DNA of 64,000 nucleotides from an uncultured Nitrososphaerota archaeon. GTDB lineage: Archaea; Thermoproteota; EX4484-205; JAAOZP01. The stretch is from assembly GCA_964416155.1 (NCBI GenBank), contig CAYQCW010000006.1, positions 80,785 to 144,784 of the forward strand, given 5' to 3'. Shown piece after piece: positions 29,711 to 40,308 of the stretch (positions are counted from its first letter, which is position 1; every line of letters begins with the position of its first letter). The position numbers and the translations under genes are program-made. Under the pieces are notes generated by a model. That model did not search any database. It was not told the origin of the DNA and saw only the letters and a program-made list of their open reading frames with translations.

Positions 29711-30097
29711 TTACACGTATCCTAGGCTTCTCAAGGCGAGCTGGCTTACCCCAAGCCAGACTAGGTAGTCCGGGTCTTTAAGCCATTTTTTAACATCCGG
29801 GGCCCATTCGAACACCCCGTTCCCCCCGTACAACTTGAGCAGGCTGGAGGCACGCTCCCTCCCAAGCTGGAGGACCTTGACTAAAGGGGTTTGGAGAAGC
29901 TTCTCAACAATGTTTTTAACGCTTTTGAGAAGCATGGGGTTCACTATCCTCCCCCTCAGCCTGGCTAGTTGCAGGCTTGCTTTGAAGAAGGCTTTCTCAA
30001 CCCCCTGGAGCCTACTCCAGTTCCCATTCCTGTAGGCTTTCTTCATAACGTTTAAAAGGTCCCCGTAGGAGAGCGTCTCGCATGCCGCAAGTTTCAC
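29711..30097 (-). CDS. Hypothetical basic protein
   Basis: 128-aa ORF with an upstream TATA-like element. Confidence 0.65.
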   Translation of the reverse strand: MKLAACETLSYGDLLNVMKKAYRNGNWSRLQGVEKAFFKASLQLARLRGRIVNPMLLKSVKNIVEKLLQTPLVKVLQLGRERASSLLKLYGGNGVFEWAPDVKKWLKDPDYLVWLGVSQLALRSLGYV

Positions 30098-30276
30098 AGG
30101 GGCTGTTCACCCCACATTATGTTTGACGCATAAAGAGAATAGATATAAAGTTTTTCTTCAAAATTTTAGGACAATATTTTTCGAAGCATTTACCGTTTAG
30201 CTTAACGCGGACGCATAAGGCTTAAGTATTTTATTCAAGGTTTAGAAGAGGGAAGAATGGAGGTTAAGCGTTCCCC

Positions 30277-32004
30277 TTGCTTGACGCAAGGCTGCTCCGC
30301 CGTTTAACCAATTTTCTACTCTCTCTCAGCCTCGTCACAAGCTATTTTTCACTAATGCACCTGGCCTCGCCGAGGATTTTCTACGCGGTTAAGCGCGTCA
30401 GCGTTTCAGAGTTCTTCAGCCTCAACTGGACGCCTCTCCCCTTCCTCGGAGTATTCTTAGCAATCCCATTCCTAATTCTGAGCGAGAAAAGGCTGGCCGC
30501 CGCTTCAATACTCGTCGTCGCAGCAATGATCCCGCTGGAATACGGTTTTCAGCTAGCAGCCTCCCTATTCTGGATCCTGCTGGCAATGTTTTTGACGAGG
30601 AGAAGCATTGATTTCAGCGAGACGCTAAAAGCACTCTGCCTGATGATACTGTTTTACACGGGGCTAGTCACCGTTTATCTCGCCGCCTACCCTTTCCTGC
30701 CGTTTGAAACCGTTTTCCTCGACCAGGCTACGCTAGCATGGGTCAAGGGTTACGCGACGCTTCAACCATTAGGAGTGTTCAGCTACGTTCTAATGCCTTT
30801 CGGAGCGCTTCTTCCCGTCTACATCGGAATGCTGAGAAGAAGGAGCCTCAGGCCTGTTTTCAACAAGGGTGAAACCAGGGTTCAAGAGTTTCTAAGCGGG
30901 AGACAGCCTGCAATAATTCTCCTAATATCCCTCTTCCTCTCAGCCTATCTTTCCGTCTACAGCTACTTGCCTCGGCTTAACCCTGGTTTAAACCCGACTG
31001 GCGTCGACATCATCTTCTACGCTCCCAGGCTTGAGGCTTTAAGCACCTGTAAGGACCCTGTTGGGTTCGCTTTCGCAAACCTTTCCGACAGGCCTCTATT
31101 CTACCTTCTCCTACACGTTTTACACAGGGCCACGGGGCTAAACGTCGTGCAGACGCTTGAGTCGGCCCCACTCCTATGGATGCTAGGCTTAACACTCTCC
31201 TACTATTTTCTCTCTCTAAGCATCCTGGGCTCCAAGAGCCTCGCCTCCCTAGCGGCGCTCCTCTCAACAGCAAGCATCCAGGCTAGCGTGGGCCTCTACG
31301 CCTCATACCAGGCGAACATGGTTGCGCTAATAATGGTGAACATTCTTGCAGGAGTCGCCCTCTCTTTCAAGGAAGGGTTGTTGAAACACGTTGTTGTCTC
31401 AGCCTTATCCTTCCTCACCCCAATGATCCATCCCTACACTAGTGTCCAGTACTTCGCGATGCTCGCCATGAGCCTCCTATTCTGCTTCTGGAGCAGAAGG
31501 GATAAGAGTGATTTGAAAACCCTGGTCTTAATCGTTGTCTCAGCGCTTCTCTCAAGCGTTTTCACAAGCCTAATGGCCCATGCGAGGGGTTCAACGCCTC
31601 TCGCCAGCGCCGCCAGCGTAGCCATCAGGATGGTGAGCCTTGAAAACCTCTCAGGGTTCACTGGGGAGACTGTTTTCCTCTTCACAACCCTCTACAGCAG
31701 CTTCATCGCGAACAGCATCCACCTAATGCTCACGCTCTACGGTCTCACATGCCTGCTCAGGCTTGAAACGGGTGAGAAGACGAGGGTTTTCCTACTCGCA
31801 TCCTCCCTAACCCTGCTGCCGGTGTACGCTATGGATGGTTTAACCGGTTCAAGGCTTTTCTTCAATCTTCCCATGCCTGTTTTCTCAGCCCTGGGGGCAA
31901 GCATGATTAAAGATAGGTGGCTCTCAAGCCTGCTCATAGTTCTCTCACTATGCTTCAGCCTTCAGGCTGCGCATAATCTTGGGACGCTAAGCATGCCAGC
32001 GTAG
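30277..32004 (+). CDS. Polytopic membrane protein, GT-C-like
   Basis: About 14 hydrophobic segments; GVD..FY loop, DRPL and HPYT motifs. Confidence 0.6.
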   Translation: MLDARLLRRLTNFLLSLSLVTSYFSLMHLASPRIFYAVKRVSVSEFFSLNWTPLPFLGVFLAIPFLILSEKRLAAASILVVAAMIPLEYGFQLAASLFWILLAMFLTRRSIDFSETLKALCLMILFYTGLVTVYLAAYPFLPFETVFLDQATLAWVKGYATLQPLGVFSYVLMPFGALLPVYIGMLRRRSLRPVFNKGETRVQEFLSGRQPAIILLISLFLSAYLSVYSYLPRLNPGLNPTGVDIIFYAPRLEALSTCKDPVGFAFANLSDRPLFYLLLHVLHRATGLNVVQTLESAPLLWMLGLTLSYYFLSLSILGSKSLASLAALLSTASIQASVGLYASYQANMVALIMVNILAGVALSFKEGLLKHVVVSALSFLTPMIHPYTSVQYFAMLAMSLLFCFWSRRDKSDLKTLVLIVVSALLSSVFTSLMAHARGSTPLASAASVAIRMVSLENLSGFTGETVFLFTTLYSSFIANSIHLMLTLYGLTCLLRLETGEKTRVFLLASSLTLLPVYAMDGLTGSRLFFNLPMPVFSALGASMIKDRWLSSLLIVLSLCFSLQAAHNLGTLSMPA

Positions 32005-32050
32005 CCGTGTCTCCGGCAATGCTTAAAAGCAGCTTGACGCCACCCGGAAA

Positions 32051-32518
32051 ATGGTGATGGGTCAACCGGGTTCCTCCAGCCCTGAGGAGCATGAGATAGT
32101 TATAGAGCTGACTTTAAAGAGGCTGATCATGCTTATTCTCCTAGCCATACCGGTTGTCCTTCTCATTCTAGTGGGTTTTGAACTGGTGAACACGTACTAT
32201 GGTTCGAGGAACCTGGTTGTCGATTTCACCATGGAAAAGAAGGCGATTAGGCTCGGCGGAGAGGCTGTTGTCAGCGTCAGGGTTAGCTCAGGAGTCTTGG
32301 GCTCGCTGATAAAGATCCCTGCGGGAAGCGTCGACGTCGCGATTGAAGTCAGGAACCCTGGTGGAGACGTGTTTTACGTGGACCAGGGCACGACTAATAT
32401 GGATGGAACTGTGGAATTCAGGTTTAGAATACCTGAAGAGTCAGCTACTGGAGAGTATGTTTTCTACCTTGCTTGCAAAGGTGGAAGTGCTTCAGGTAGG
32501 CTTAGGGTTGAACCGTGA
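32051..32518 (+). CDS. Membrane-anchored Ig-like (MG2-type) protein
   Basis: N-terminal TM helix; IEVRNPGG..DQGTT..FRIPE..GEYV. Confidence 0.65.
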   Translation: MVMGQPGSSSPEEHEIVIELTLKRLIMLILLAIPVVLLILVGFELVNTYYGSRNLVVDFTMEKKAIRLGGEAVVSVRVSSGVLGSLIKIPAGSVDVAIEVRNPGGDVFYVDQGTTNMDGTVEFRFRIPEESATGEYVFYLACKGGSASGRLRVEP

Positions 32519-32602
32519 TTCACTAGCGTGCCCTAAATATTAAGGCTGTAAGCAGAAAAGTGTAAATAGAAAAACTTAAATTTAGATATTAATAAACCAT
32601 GT

Positions 32603-33100
32603 ATGTGTAAAACGATGAGGGGATTAGGTTCGGTTGTGAAGCAGAAACCCTGTCTGCCGATTGTTCCAATCCTCTTAATCATGCTTCTGCTTTCCCCATT
32701 TCTCCTGGTTTCAGGCCAGCAGTACCCCATAAAGATAACTCAGATCAGGACGATGGACATGCTTGGGAACGTGAAGACTTCTTTCGCCAGGGGCTCTACG
32801 GTAGTTGTAGAGGTAAAGCTCCAATCCCTCGTTTACGCCTACGGGCCATTCACACAATACCTTTTGATCGTAAGGATAGACAACCCGCAGGGCTACACGG
32901 TTTTCATCGGGTTCCTCACGGACGTTATTGAGCCGGGTGCGACTAAGACCGCTGGAAGCGGATACCTGATACCTACGGGAGCATCCACGGGAACGTACAC
33001 TGTGAGGGTTTTCGTGTGGAACGGTTGGCCGTCTCAAATGGGTGGCAATTTTGAAGTCTTAGCAGAACAGGGACAAACGACTTTCACGGTAACCACCTGA
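32603..33100 (+). CDS. Secreted Ig-like protein
   Basis: Signal peptide; FARG..NPQG..IPTGASTGTYTVRVFVW. Confidence 0.65.
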   Translation: MCKTMRGLGSVVKQKPCLPIVPILLIMLLLSPFLLVSGQQYPIKITQIRTMDMLGNVKTSFARGSTVVVEVKLQSLVYAYGPFTQYLLIVRIDNPQGYTVFIGFLTDVIEPGATKTAGSGYLIPTGASTGTYTVRVFVWNGWPSQMGGNFEVLAEQGQTTFTVTT

Positions 33101-33116
33101 GAATGGTGACGGAGAA

Positions 33117-34403
33117 TTGAGCCTTAAGAGTTTCTCCACATGCCTGCTTCTCACGCTCCTGCTGCTCGTTCCTCTTCTAAACACTTACGCTAACCCGCTG
33201 ACTGTTTCGACAGACAAGTCTGAGTACAACAGGGGGCAGGACGTAACCATATCCATATCCGGTGCGACCCCGGATTGCAATCTTGGGGTTCAAGTCGAAA
33301 ACCCGGTGGGCGGAGTGTGGGCAGACCAGGTTAAGGCGAACAGCCAGGGAAAGGCTTCAACAACATACAAGGTTCCGCCTGACGCTGTTTACGGAACCTA
33401 TACTGTCACCGTCGCGGGATGCGGGGCCACGGGCAGCTGCACTTTCAGAGTTGTCGAGGTTTACGTGCCTCCTCCCCCGCCTCCGCCTCCTCCTCCCCCG
33501 GCTAGGGAGAGCACCTCCATGACTATAAGCGTAGACAGGGAGCAGGTCACGCTTGGTGAGAGCGTGACTGTAAAAGTCATCTTAACCCCGGGCCTGAACG
33601 TCACTATCAGGCTGAGGTTAACATGCCCCAACGGGTCTGAGGTTTCCAGACTGCTTTCAAGCCCGTATGGGGCTTACACGTATGTTTTCAAGCCTGACTC
33701 TCCAGGCTACTGGAGCATTAGGGCGACGTGGGAGGGCAACGAGCGGTATGAGGGTTGCGTGAGCAATACTGTCGGCATAATTGTCAGGACGACTGTTTCC
33801 CTCCAAATGATTGCGGCACCATCCATCACCAGAGTGGGCGGAATAATAGTGGTCTACGTCGCCACCACTCCGGGCTTGGCGAACAGGCCTCTAGCAATCT
33901 CATACTTTTCGAACAGGACCATGGTTTGGAGAATGATTGGAACATTTGAAACGAGTAGGGAAGGATTTACGGCGTGCGTCTTCACGCCGACTGAAACCGG
34001 AGAGTACGTGTTTAAAGCCGACTGGGTTGGGGATCCGATTTACAGGCCTGCCTCGGCAAACTCCTCCAAGATTCTGGTGACTGCTGAGCCCGTGGCTGCT
34101 GAGGACTTTATCAAAATGCTTAGCCAGCTGAGGGAGCTGCAGAGGCTGCTCGGCGAGAAGGAGAGTGAGCTTGAAGCCTCAAGGAGCATGATAACAGGCT
34201 TGCAGAAGAGCATTGCTGAGCTCCAAGCAGGTTTGAGCAGCGCCCAGTCGAGGATTTCAAGCCTCGAGAGGCAGCTGGCTGAAACAGAATCCAAGGTTTC
34301 AGAGGCTGAGTCGCGAGCCCAGTTCACCACCATGCTTGGCCTGGTGGCAGGAGTGTTGATAGGCCTGATACTGGGATACTTGCTATTCAGAAGGCGTCGC
34401 TGA
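33117..34403 (+). CDS. Cell-surface protein: signal, Ig, poly-Pro, two Ig, coiled coil, C-terminal TM plus RRRR
   Basis: TVSTDKSEYNRGQ MG2-like start; 11 Pro codons at 33468-33500; heptad stalk; TM anchor. Confidence 0.75.
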   Translation: MSLKSFSTCLLLTLLLLVPLLNTYANPLTVSTDKSEYNRGQDVTISISGATPDCNLGVQVENPVGGVWADQVKANSQGKASTTYKVPPDAVYGTYTVTVAGCGATGSCTFRVVEVYVPPPPPPPPPPPARESTSMTISVDREQVTLGESVTVKVILTPGLNVTIRLRLTCPNGSEVSRLLSSPYGAYTYVFKPDSPGYWSIRATWEGNERYEGCVSNTVGIIVRTTVSLQMIAAPSITRVGGIIVVYVATTPGLANRPLAISYFSNRTMVWRMIGTFETSREGFTACVFTPTETGEYVFKADWVGDPIYRPASANSSKILVTAEPVAAEDFIKMLSQLRELQRLLGEKESELEASRSMITGLQKSIAELQAGLSSAQSRISSLERQLAETESKVSEAESRAQFTTMLGLVAGVLIGLILGYLLFRRRR

Positions 34404-34584
34404 ACAAGCTTCCCGCTTCCACCAGAGTAACTCTGGAAAGTGTTTAAACCTTTTTCTCCAGCTGAACGGTGCGCGTTTCAGATCACCCTAGCAGCATGGA
34501 GAAAATCCGCCTTCCTTCTCCTGTGGGGAAGGCTTAGTTAAACAACAGTAAAACTTATATTTTTGGAAACATGCTTCTCAGCCG

Positions 34585-34851
34585 ATGAATAAGGATCAGG
34601 GTATCGGAGCTGTGTTGCTGCTGGCCTCGATAATCGGAGTAATACTGTACTCCTGGCTCGTGTTCCTCTCACCCTGGTGGAAAGAGATCCTTCAGCTAAC
34701 CGCTTTCGTCGCAGTAGGCTTCGTGCTCTTCATACTCGGCTGGATAGGCTATACTCTCGCCACTACTCCGCCGCCTAAGCCTATTGAGGAGATTGAGAAG
34801 GAGATTGAGAAGGAGGCTAAGGAGGAGTCTCCTCCGCCGCCACCCTCGTAA
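34585..34851 (+). CDS. Small two-TM archaeal membrane protein
   Basis: WIGYTLATTPPPKPIEEIE. Confidence 0.75.
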   Translation: MNKDQGIGAVLLLASIIGVILYSWLVFLSPWWKEILQLTAFVAVGFVLFILGWIGYTLATTPPPKPIEEIEKEIEKEAKEESPPPPPS

Positions 34852-34874
34852 AGCAGAAGAAAAGAGGAGGACTC

Positions 34875-35276
34875 GTGCCAGGTAGGGGCGCTGTCCGAAA
34901 GGAGGAAAATGCCGCCGTAAGGATTAGTTTGAAACACGTTATCATCGTCTCCCTCTCCATCGCTTTTCTATTTCTCCTCGCCGTCTTTACTCTAGAGTTT
35001 TTCAAGCCGAGGCTCAGCGTTAGGGCTGAGCTCTTGGCGAACAATACTGTGGTGGTATCCGGTAGGCTGACCTACGGGTTTGACCCTGTTCCAAACCAGT
35101 ATGTCGCGATAGAGGTGAGGAACCAGAATGGTGAAACCGTGTGGAAGGGTGTTGCGAGAACGCTTGCAGACGGGTCTTTCAGAAGCGTCTTCGCGTTGAA
35201 GCAGGCTGCCGGAAGGTTCAGCGTATACGCTGACAGCGGTATTGCCTCCGGGGAAACCGGATTCCAGGCTGGCTAG
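34875..35276 (+). CDS. Membrane-anchored Ig-like protein
   Basis: TM helix, then VAIEVRNQNG..DGSF; resembles 32051..32518. Confidence 0.6.
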   Translation: MPGRGAVRKEENAAVRISLKHVIIVSLSIAFLFLLAVFTLEFFKPRLSVRAELLANNTVVVSGRLTYGFDPVPNQYVAIEVRNQNGETVWKGVARTLADGSFRSVFALKQAAGRFSVYADSGIASGETGFQAG

Positions 35277-35313
35277 CTTTTTTCACACGCTGAGCCGGGG
35301 AGGAAAAATGCTG

Positions 35314-35586
35314 CTACGCTTTACCGGGAGGCTTCTCCGCTCTCCCCCCTGTTTCCCCGGTTTCCCTCTCTTCCTCCTCTTCCTCTTTCTCACCCGGCCT
35401 ACTGGCCATCAGACTGTAGCCCATCCAGGCGGTTAACCCGAGCATGAGCGCAACCATCATGAAGACGGAGAGCTGCAGGACTGGAATAGGATAGTAGTAA
35501 ACCATTATGCCGTACGCGATTACCCCCTCTAGGGCCATTAGGAATATTACTGCCCCTATGATCTGGCGTTTATTCACTGTTTCCAC
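35314..35586 (-). CDS. Small two-TM protein, paralog of 34585..34851
   Basis: NKRQIIGAV..LQL..WMGYSL versus NKDQGIGAV..LQL..WIGYTL. Confidence 0.7.
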   Translation of the reverse strand: METVNKRQIIGAVIFLMALEGVIAYGIMVYYYPIPVLQLSVFMMVALMLGLTAWMGYSLMASRPGEKEEEEEERETGETGGRAEKPPGKA

Positions 35587-35911
35587 CCTCTTTCAATCTG
35601 TTTTTCAAACCAGTGTTTCTCGGCTGCTCTAGCCGTAGGCCTTCCTCCAAGGGGTTTCCAAACCGGTTTAGCATCGGCTGTTTTACGCCCTGCCTTCAAC
35701 CTGGGTACTTGGCGAAAAAAGCGGATATAAGTTTATTATCTTCAAGCATTTAACTTTTTATAAACGTCGCAACTGTAGGCTTCCGACAAAAGTTCTAAAC
35801 CGTTCAGAAAGGTTTCTAATCGTTCATCCGAATGGCTCAAGCCGTTTAAGCCCCGTGGAGAAGCCTTGCTGGAAAAAAGGGGCTAACCCGTCAAGAGGCG
35901 CGTCCAGGTTT

Positions 35912-38872
35912 TCAGAAGCCCAGGCCAATCTCCATCCTTCTGGCAACGTAGTATGGAAGAATCTGGGCACTCGGGTTTTCAAAAGGCTCCCCGTAGTTTT
36001 CAACAGCTATAGCGAGAAGGTTCTCACCCCTCAGGAATGGCTCAGGCATGTAGAAGTCTCTCTGCGGCCCCTTCTCCATGTACCTGCCTATCAGCTCTCC
36101 GTTTAAGAATATTTTACACTTTGTCCCGAGGCTGTTAAGCCTAAGCATCAACGGGGAGACGGTTTTCTCCTCAGCCCTGTGCGTAAACGTTCTCCTAAGC
36201 CATATTACGCCCCTCTTGTTCAAAGCTTCCCTAAGGCTGCTTACACCCCATTTCGAATCCTCGAAGCCCGGTTTAAACCAGCCCTCCCTCTCGCCGAGAA
36301 GCCCCTTGGAAACACTCCAGCCCTCCTCCAGAGCAGCGTCATACATTCTTAGACAAGGGTCTCTCCAAGCCTTAGCGTCGGGAAAGTTCTCAAGAATAAT
36401 GGTGAACTCGTTAACCCCTGGCTTAACTAGACGCGTCACGTCTACGCCTACGCTTCCCTCATCCGCGTAGAGCGTTTCAGCATGCTCACTGTTGACGATG
36501 ATGATTAGCCTGCCCCAGGCTGGAAGCCCGCTTGGAACAACCAGGCACGTCCTCCCAGGATTCTCCGGAAGCTCAGCAACGTATTTCAACAGTATTAGGC
36601 CCCTCTGGCCCGAGAGCTCCTCAATGCTCTTAAGCTCCCTCCACTCCTCCGACAGGAAGCCCTTTGGAATAACCTCCAGAGGCCTGTTTAGAAGCCTAGC
36701 GTAGTCTACGGCAGCCGGTAGGCCGGGCTTCAGGAGACTATCCGGGCTTAAAACCTTGAACAACGGGTTTCTAAGGGCAAGCTCCTCCTCCTTCCCTATG
36801 AAGACAGGCTGGTTCAGCCCGTTGGCTAATGGTATGAGGCTGTCGTTCCTGTGCCCGGTTGACTCCACCAGCAGTAGGAGCTCGTTAACACCGCTGCTTA
36901 GAACACTCTTGTCGACTTCAACCCTGAGCGAGTGCTTAGCGTGTCCGACGAGCCTGCCGTTTAGAAAAATCGTAACGTAGTCGTTAACCCTAGGTATGAA
37001 GAGAACTATTTTTTCAACCCAGGGCTTGAAGACGAAACTGTTCAAATACCAGATGTGACCGTTTCCAGTCATGCCTAGAGCCTCAGGCGGGGCTAGCCTC
37101 CCCATGTCGACCCATTCCCACCGTCTAAACTCGTCAACATCCTCAACCATGCTTCTCCAGTCCTCGTTGAGGCTAGTCGCTTCCTCCTTGAAGGCTTCCT
37201 CCGGCAGTGTGAACGAGTAGACCCATTTATCCCCGTCGTACGAGCCCTTTAAGCCAGCCCTGTTCACCATAAGCCTCCTGGGCTTCCAGGGCACGATTAC
37301 CCTGACAAGCCTGTCGTCACCCTTCTTGAACTCAATGCTCATCGCTAGGGAATCGCTGTCGGAGGAGTATTCTCTGAGAAGGCTGAAGCCTGAGACTACT
37401 GCGATCCTCTTCCCCCAGTGTTCCGCGAACCATGTTCTCGCAGCACGCTGCCTGCTTAACGCGATGAAAAGCAGCCTGGGAGGCGCCTCGCCCACGATCC
37501 TGATGAAGTCTTCCTCAAGGATTCTGAAGCTAACCGTCTCCCTGGCGCCGTTTGAAGAATGCACCAGCGTAGCCTCATGCTGCTCACCCGGCTCGCCGTA
37601 GAGAATCAGTATCGTCCTGCCGTTGAGATCATACGAGTAGAAAACCTGGCATGTTGAGAACTCCAGGGTCCAGCCGTTAGCCAGCTTAACGTTCACAGGC
37701 AGGACCAGTGCTTTCCTGCCGCGCACCCTGATCCTCCTGGCCCCAATGTTTTTTAAACGGAGCTCCGCCTCAGCGGGCTGAGTATTCATGTTTGAGACTA
37801 GAATGAAGGCTTCTCCCTCCCTGGTTCTCGAGGAAACCCTTATGCCGGGAGTGTCGCATTCAACAAGAGTCTTGTCTACGACGGAGGATGCGAAGAACTC
37901 GCTGAACGATTCCAGCAGGCCTCCCATAAGCCTTACCGCCCAGTATCTATCACCCAGCTCGCCCCACTCCCTTACAGCAGCCTGGTAGTCGTAGGTTGAC
38001 GCAATGTTCTTCCCAGTCCAGTATCCGAAGTTCGTGCCGCCGTGAAACATGTAGAAGCTTACCAGGCTGAAGCCTTCGAAAACCATTGTTTTAAGAAGCA
38101 TGTCCGTCCACTCAGCAGGTATATCGCCCCTGTCCGTGGGAAGCCTTCCGCCGAACGATGTGAACCATCCTCCTTCAAACTCCATTATCATCCTTGGCTT
38201 ACCCGGCTGCTCCGAAGCAAGGCTCGCAGCCTCGTTCAGAGGCCAGTCCAGCGCCCACGGGTCCGGGTAAATATCTATCGAGTCTATTATTTGCGTGCCC
38301 CTCAGGAACCTGTCTACGTTGTGAACAATCGGGATGTCTACACCCTTTTCCCTAGCAGCCTCGTAGAGCTTCAACAGGTAGGGCACGTTCCCCCAGAAAT
38401 ACTCGTTTTCAATCTGGAAAAGTATTACGCTTCCCCCTCTCGTAGCAAGGTGCCTCCTTATCTCCGGAATAACATGGTCGTAGTAGCGTAAAGCATGCTT
38501 CATGAAGCCCTCGTCAAGGCTTCTCGGCACTATTCCCCTGCCTATCAGCCAGGCTGGGAGCCCTCCGAAATCCCATTCCGAGCATATGTATGGGCCTGGC
38601 CTAGCTATCACGAGCAGCCCATGCTTCTCGCAGAGCCTTAGGAACTCGTCGACATCGCGCCAGCCTGAGAAGTCGAAGCAGCCCTCCTCCCTCTCATGCC
38701 AGTTCCAAGCGAAGTATATTGTCGCAGAGTTTAAGAAGGCCCTCTTCATCTTGATGAGCCTGTCCTCCCAGAGCCCCCTGGGAACCCTGAAGTAGTGTAT
38801 CTCGCCGCTGTAGATGAACACCGGCTTCCCGTTTATCCTCAGCGAATTCTCGTCGAAATCCACGACGCTCAT
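35912..38872 (-). CDS. GH35 beta-galactosidase
   Basis: SGEIHYFR, RPGPYICSEW, QIENEY, YMFHGGTNFG, YDYQA. Confidence 0.93.
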   Translation of the reverse strand: MSVVDFDENSLRINGKPVFIYSGEIHYFRVPRGLWEDRLIKMKRAFLNSATIYFAWNWHEREEGCFDFSGWRDVDEFLRLCEKHGLLVIARPGPYICSEWDFGGLPAWLIGRGIVPRSLDEGFMKHALRYYDHVIPEIRRHLATRGGSVILFQIENEYFWGNVPYLLKLYEAAREKGVDIPIVHNVDRFLRGTQIIDSIDIYPDPWALDWPLNEAASLASEQPGKPRMIMEFEGGWFTSFGGRLPTDRGDIPAEWTDMLLKTMVFEGFSLVSFYMFHGGTNFGYWTGKNIASTYDYQAAVREWGELGDRYWAVRLMGGLLESFSEFFASSVVDKTLVECDTPGIRVSSRTREGEAFILVSNMNTQPAEAELRLKNIGARRIRVRGRKALVLPVNVKLANGWTLEFSTCQVFYSYDLNGRTILILYGEPGEQHEATLVHSSNGARETVSFRILEEDFIRIVGEAPPRLLFIALSRQRAARTWFAEHWGKRIAVVSGFSLLREYSSDSDSLAMSIEFKKGDDRLVRVIVPWKPRRLMVNRAGLKGSYDGDKWVYSFTLPEEAFKEEATSLNEDWRSMVEDVDEFRRWEWVDMGRLAPPEALGMTGNGHIWYLNSFVFKPWVEKIVLFIPRVNDYVTIFLNGRLVGHAKHSLRVEVDKSVLSSGVNELLLLVESTGHRNDSLIPLANGLNQPVFIGKEEELALRNPLFKVLSPDSLLKPGLPAAVDYARLLNRPLEVIPKGFLSEEWRELKSIEELSGQRGLILLKYVAELPENPGRTCLVVPSGLPAWGRLIIIVNSEHAETLYADEGSVGVDVTRLVKPGVNEFTIILENFPDAKAWRDPCLRMYDAALEEGWSVSKGLLGEREGWFKPGFEDSKWGVSSLREALNKRGVIWLRRTFTHRAEEKTVSPLMLRLNSLGTKCKIFLNGELIGRYMEKGPQRDFYMPEPFLRGENLLAIAVENYGEPFENPSAQILPYYVARRMEIGLGF

Positions 38873-39079
38873 TTCAAAACATCCTTTCTAAAGCCGTGTG
38901 CTTAACACTCGTGGACAACAATCCTCTTCTCCTCTTTAAAGGAGCAGGCTTCCCACGCGCCCCGTTGCAAACGCCTACTGTTCCACACTCCAACAGGACC
39001 ACAAGCCTATGCGTGTAGAATTCAGATTTAAGCTTAATCTCCATGTTTAAAAGCCTGTTTAAACGCTGCTGGAAGCGGG

Positions 39080-40156
39080 TCAGGGTGGCACTAGGATAAC
39101 CTTTATCGCTCCCTCAAGGCCCTTCTCACTGTATTCGAAGGCTTTCCTGAATTCTGAAAGCGGGAACACGTGTGTAACGATCCTGTCCACCTTAACCTTC
39201 CCCGTTCTTATGTACTCTATGGCGAGAGGATAGCAGTATGGCCCAAGGTGGGAACCGTAGATGTCGAGCTCCTTCCTGTCCCCTATTATAGACCAGTCTA
39301 CGGTGGCGGGCTCCCTGAAAACTCCGAAGACAACCATCCTGCCGAGTTTCCTAAGCATCTCCAGGCCCTGGGGCACCGCCTCAGGATATCCTGTTGCCTC
39401 AATGTAGACGTCGCAGCCGTATCCTCCGGTTAACGCTTTAACCGTTTTAACCGCATTCTCCCTAGCGACGTTGATAACCATGTCTGCGCCCAGCCTCTCA
39501 GCAAGGTCGAGCCTCCTGTCCCTAGTGTCCAGCGCTATAAGCCTGCCAGGGTTCTTCATCCTCGCCACTTGAAGCATGCACAGCCCTATGGGACCCATTC
39601 CAGCAATGGTGACGACGTCTCCAAGCTCGATCCTCGCCCTCTGGACAGCGTGGATAGCGCAGCTTAAGGGCTCAATCATTACAGCATGCTCATCCGGAAT
39701 CTCGCTGGGAACCCTGTGAACTATCGACCCATACGGGTACTTCATGAACTCTGCGAAACCACCGTCGTCGACGCCTCCCTGGAAGCCGAAAACGTAGTTT
39801 CTCTCACACATCCAGTACTGCCCGCTCCTGCAGAAACGGCATGTCCGGCATGGGAATATCTGCTCCGCAACAGCCTTTTCCCCTATTTTGACTCCGAGCT
39901 CCTCCGTTCCCACGCCGAGCTCGACGACAGTCCCTATGAACTCGTGCCCAGGGATAACCGGGGGTGTAACATACGGTTTCTCCCCTCCCCAGAGCGAGAG
40001 GGCACCATGGTAACTCTTAACGTCGCTAGCGCAGACGCCGCATGCGCCGACTTCGACGAGAACCTCCCCGGGGCCAGCCTCAGGAGCGTCAACGTATTGA
40101 AGCCTATAGTCCCCGGGGCCGTGGCAGACAACCGCCTGCATCCTCCTGGGAGCCAT
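39080..40156 (-). CDS. Zn-dependent polyol dehydrogenase (erythritol/L-threitol dehydrogenase-like)
   Basis: GHEF, CxxCxxC..C, DWSIIGDRKEL..GSHLGPYCYP. Confidence 0.85.
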   Translation of the reverse strand: MAPRRMQAVVCHGPGDYRLQYVDAPEAGPGEVLVEVGACGVCASDVKSYHGALSLWGGEKPYVTPPVIPGHEFIGTVVELGVGTEELGVKIGEKAVAEQIFPCRTCRFCRSGQYWMCERNYVFGFQGGVDDGGFAEFMKYPYGSIVHRVPSEIPDEHAVMIEPLSCAIHAVQRARIELGDVVTIAGMGPIGLCMLQVARMKNPGRLIALDTRDRRLDLAERLGADMVINVARENAVKTVKALTGGYGCDVYIEATGYPEAVPQGLEMLRKLGRMVVFGVFREPATVDWSIIGDRKELDIYGSHLGPYCYPLAIEYIRTGKVKVDRIVTHVFPLSEFRKAFEYSEKGLEGAIKVILVPP

Positions 40157-40308
40157 GGGTATGAACCTTTGTAAACCAATATATTTCTTTACCTTCCCGG
40201 AATAGCATTCTAAGATACGTTTGACGGCCTTTCCAGCCGGAACCCGTGTGCACTGGGACGGGAAGCGCTTAAATGCTTCCCTTGGAGGATGAGCCGCAGT
40301 GACTATTC

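Noticed and set aside
33468-33500. CCN repeat as a VNTR or contingency locus
   Set aside because: Mixed codons encoding a poly-Pro linker.
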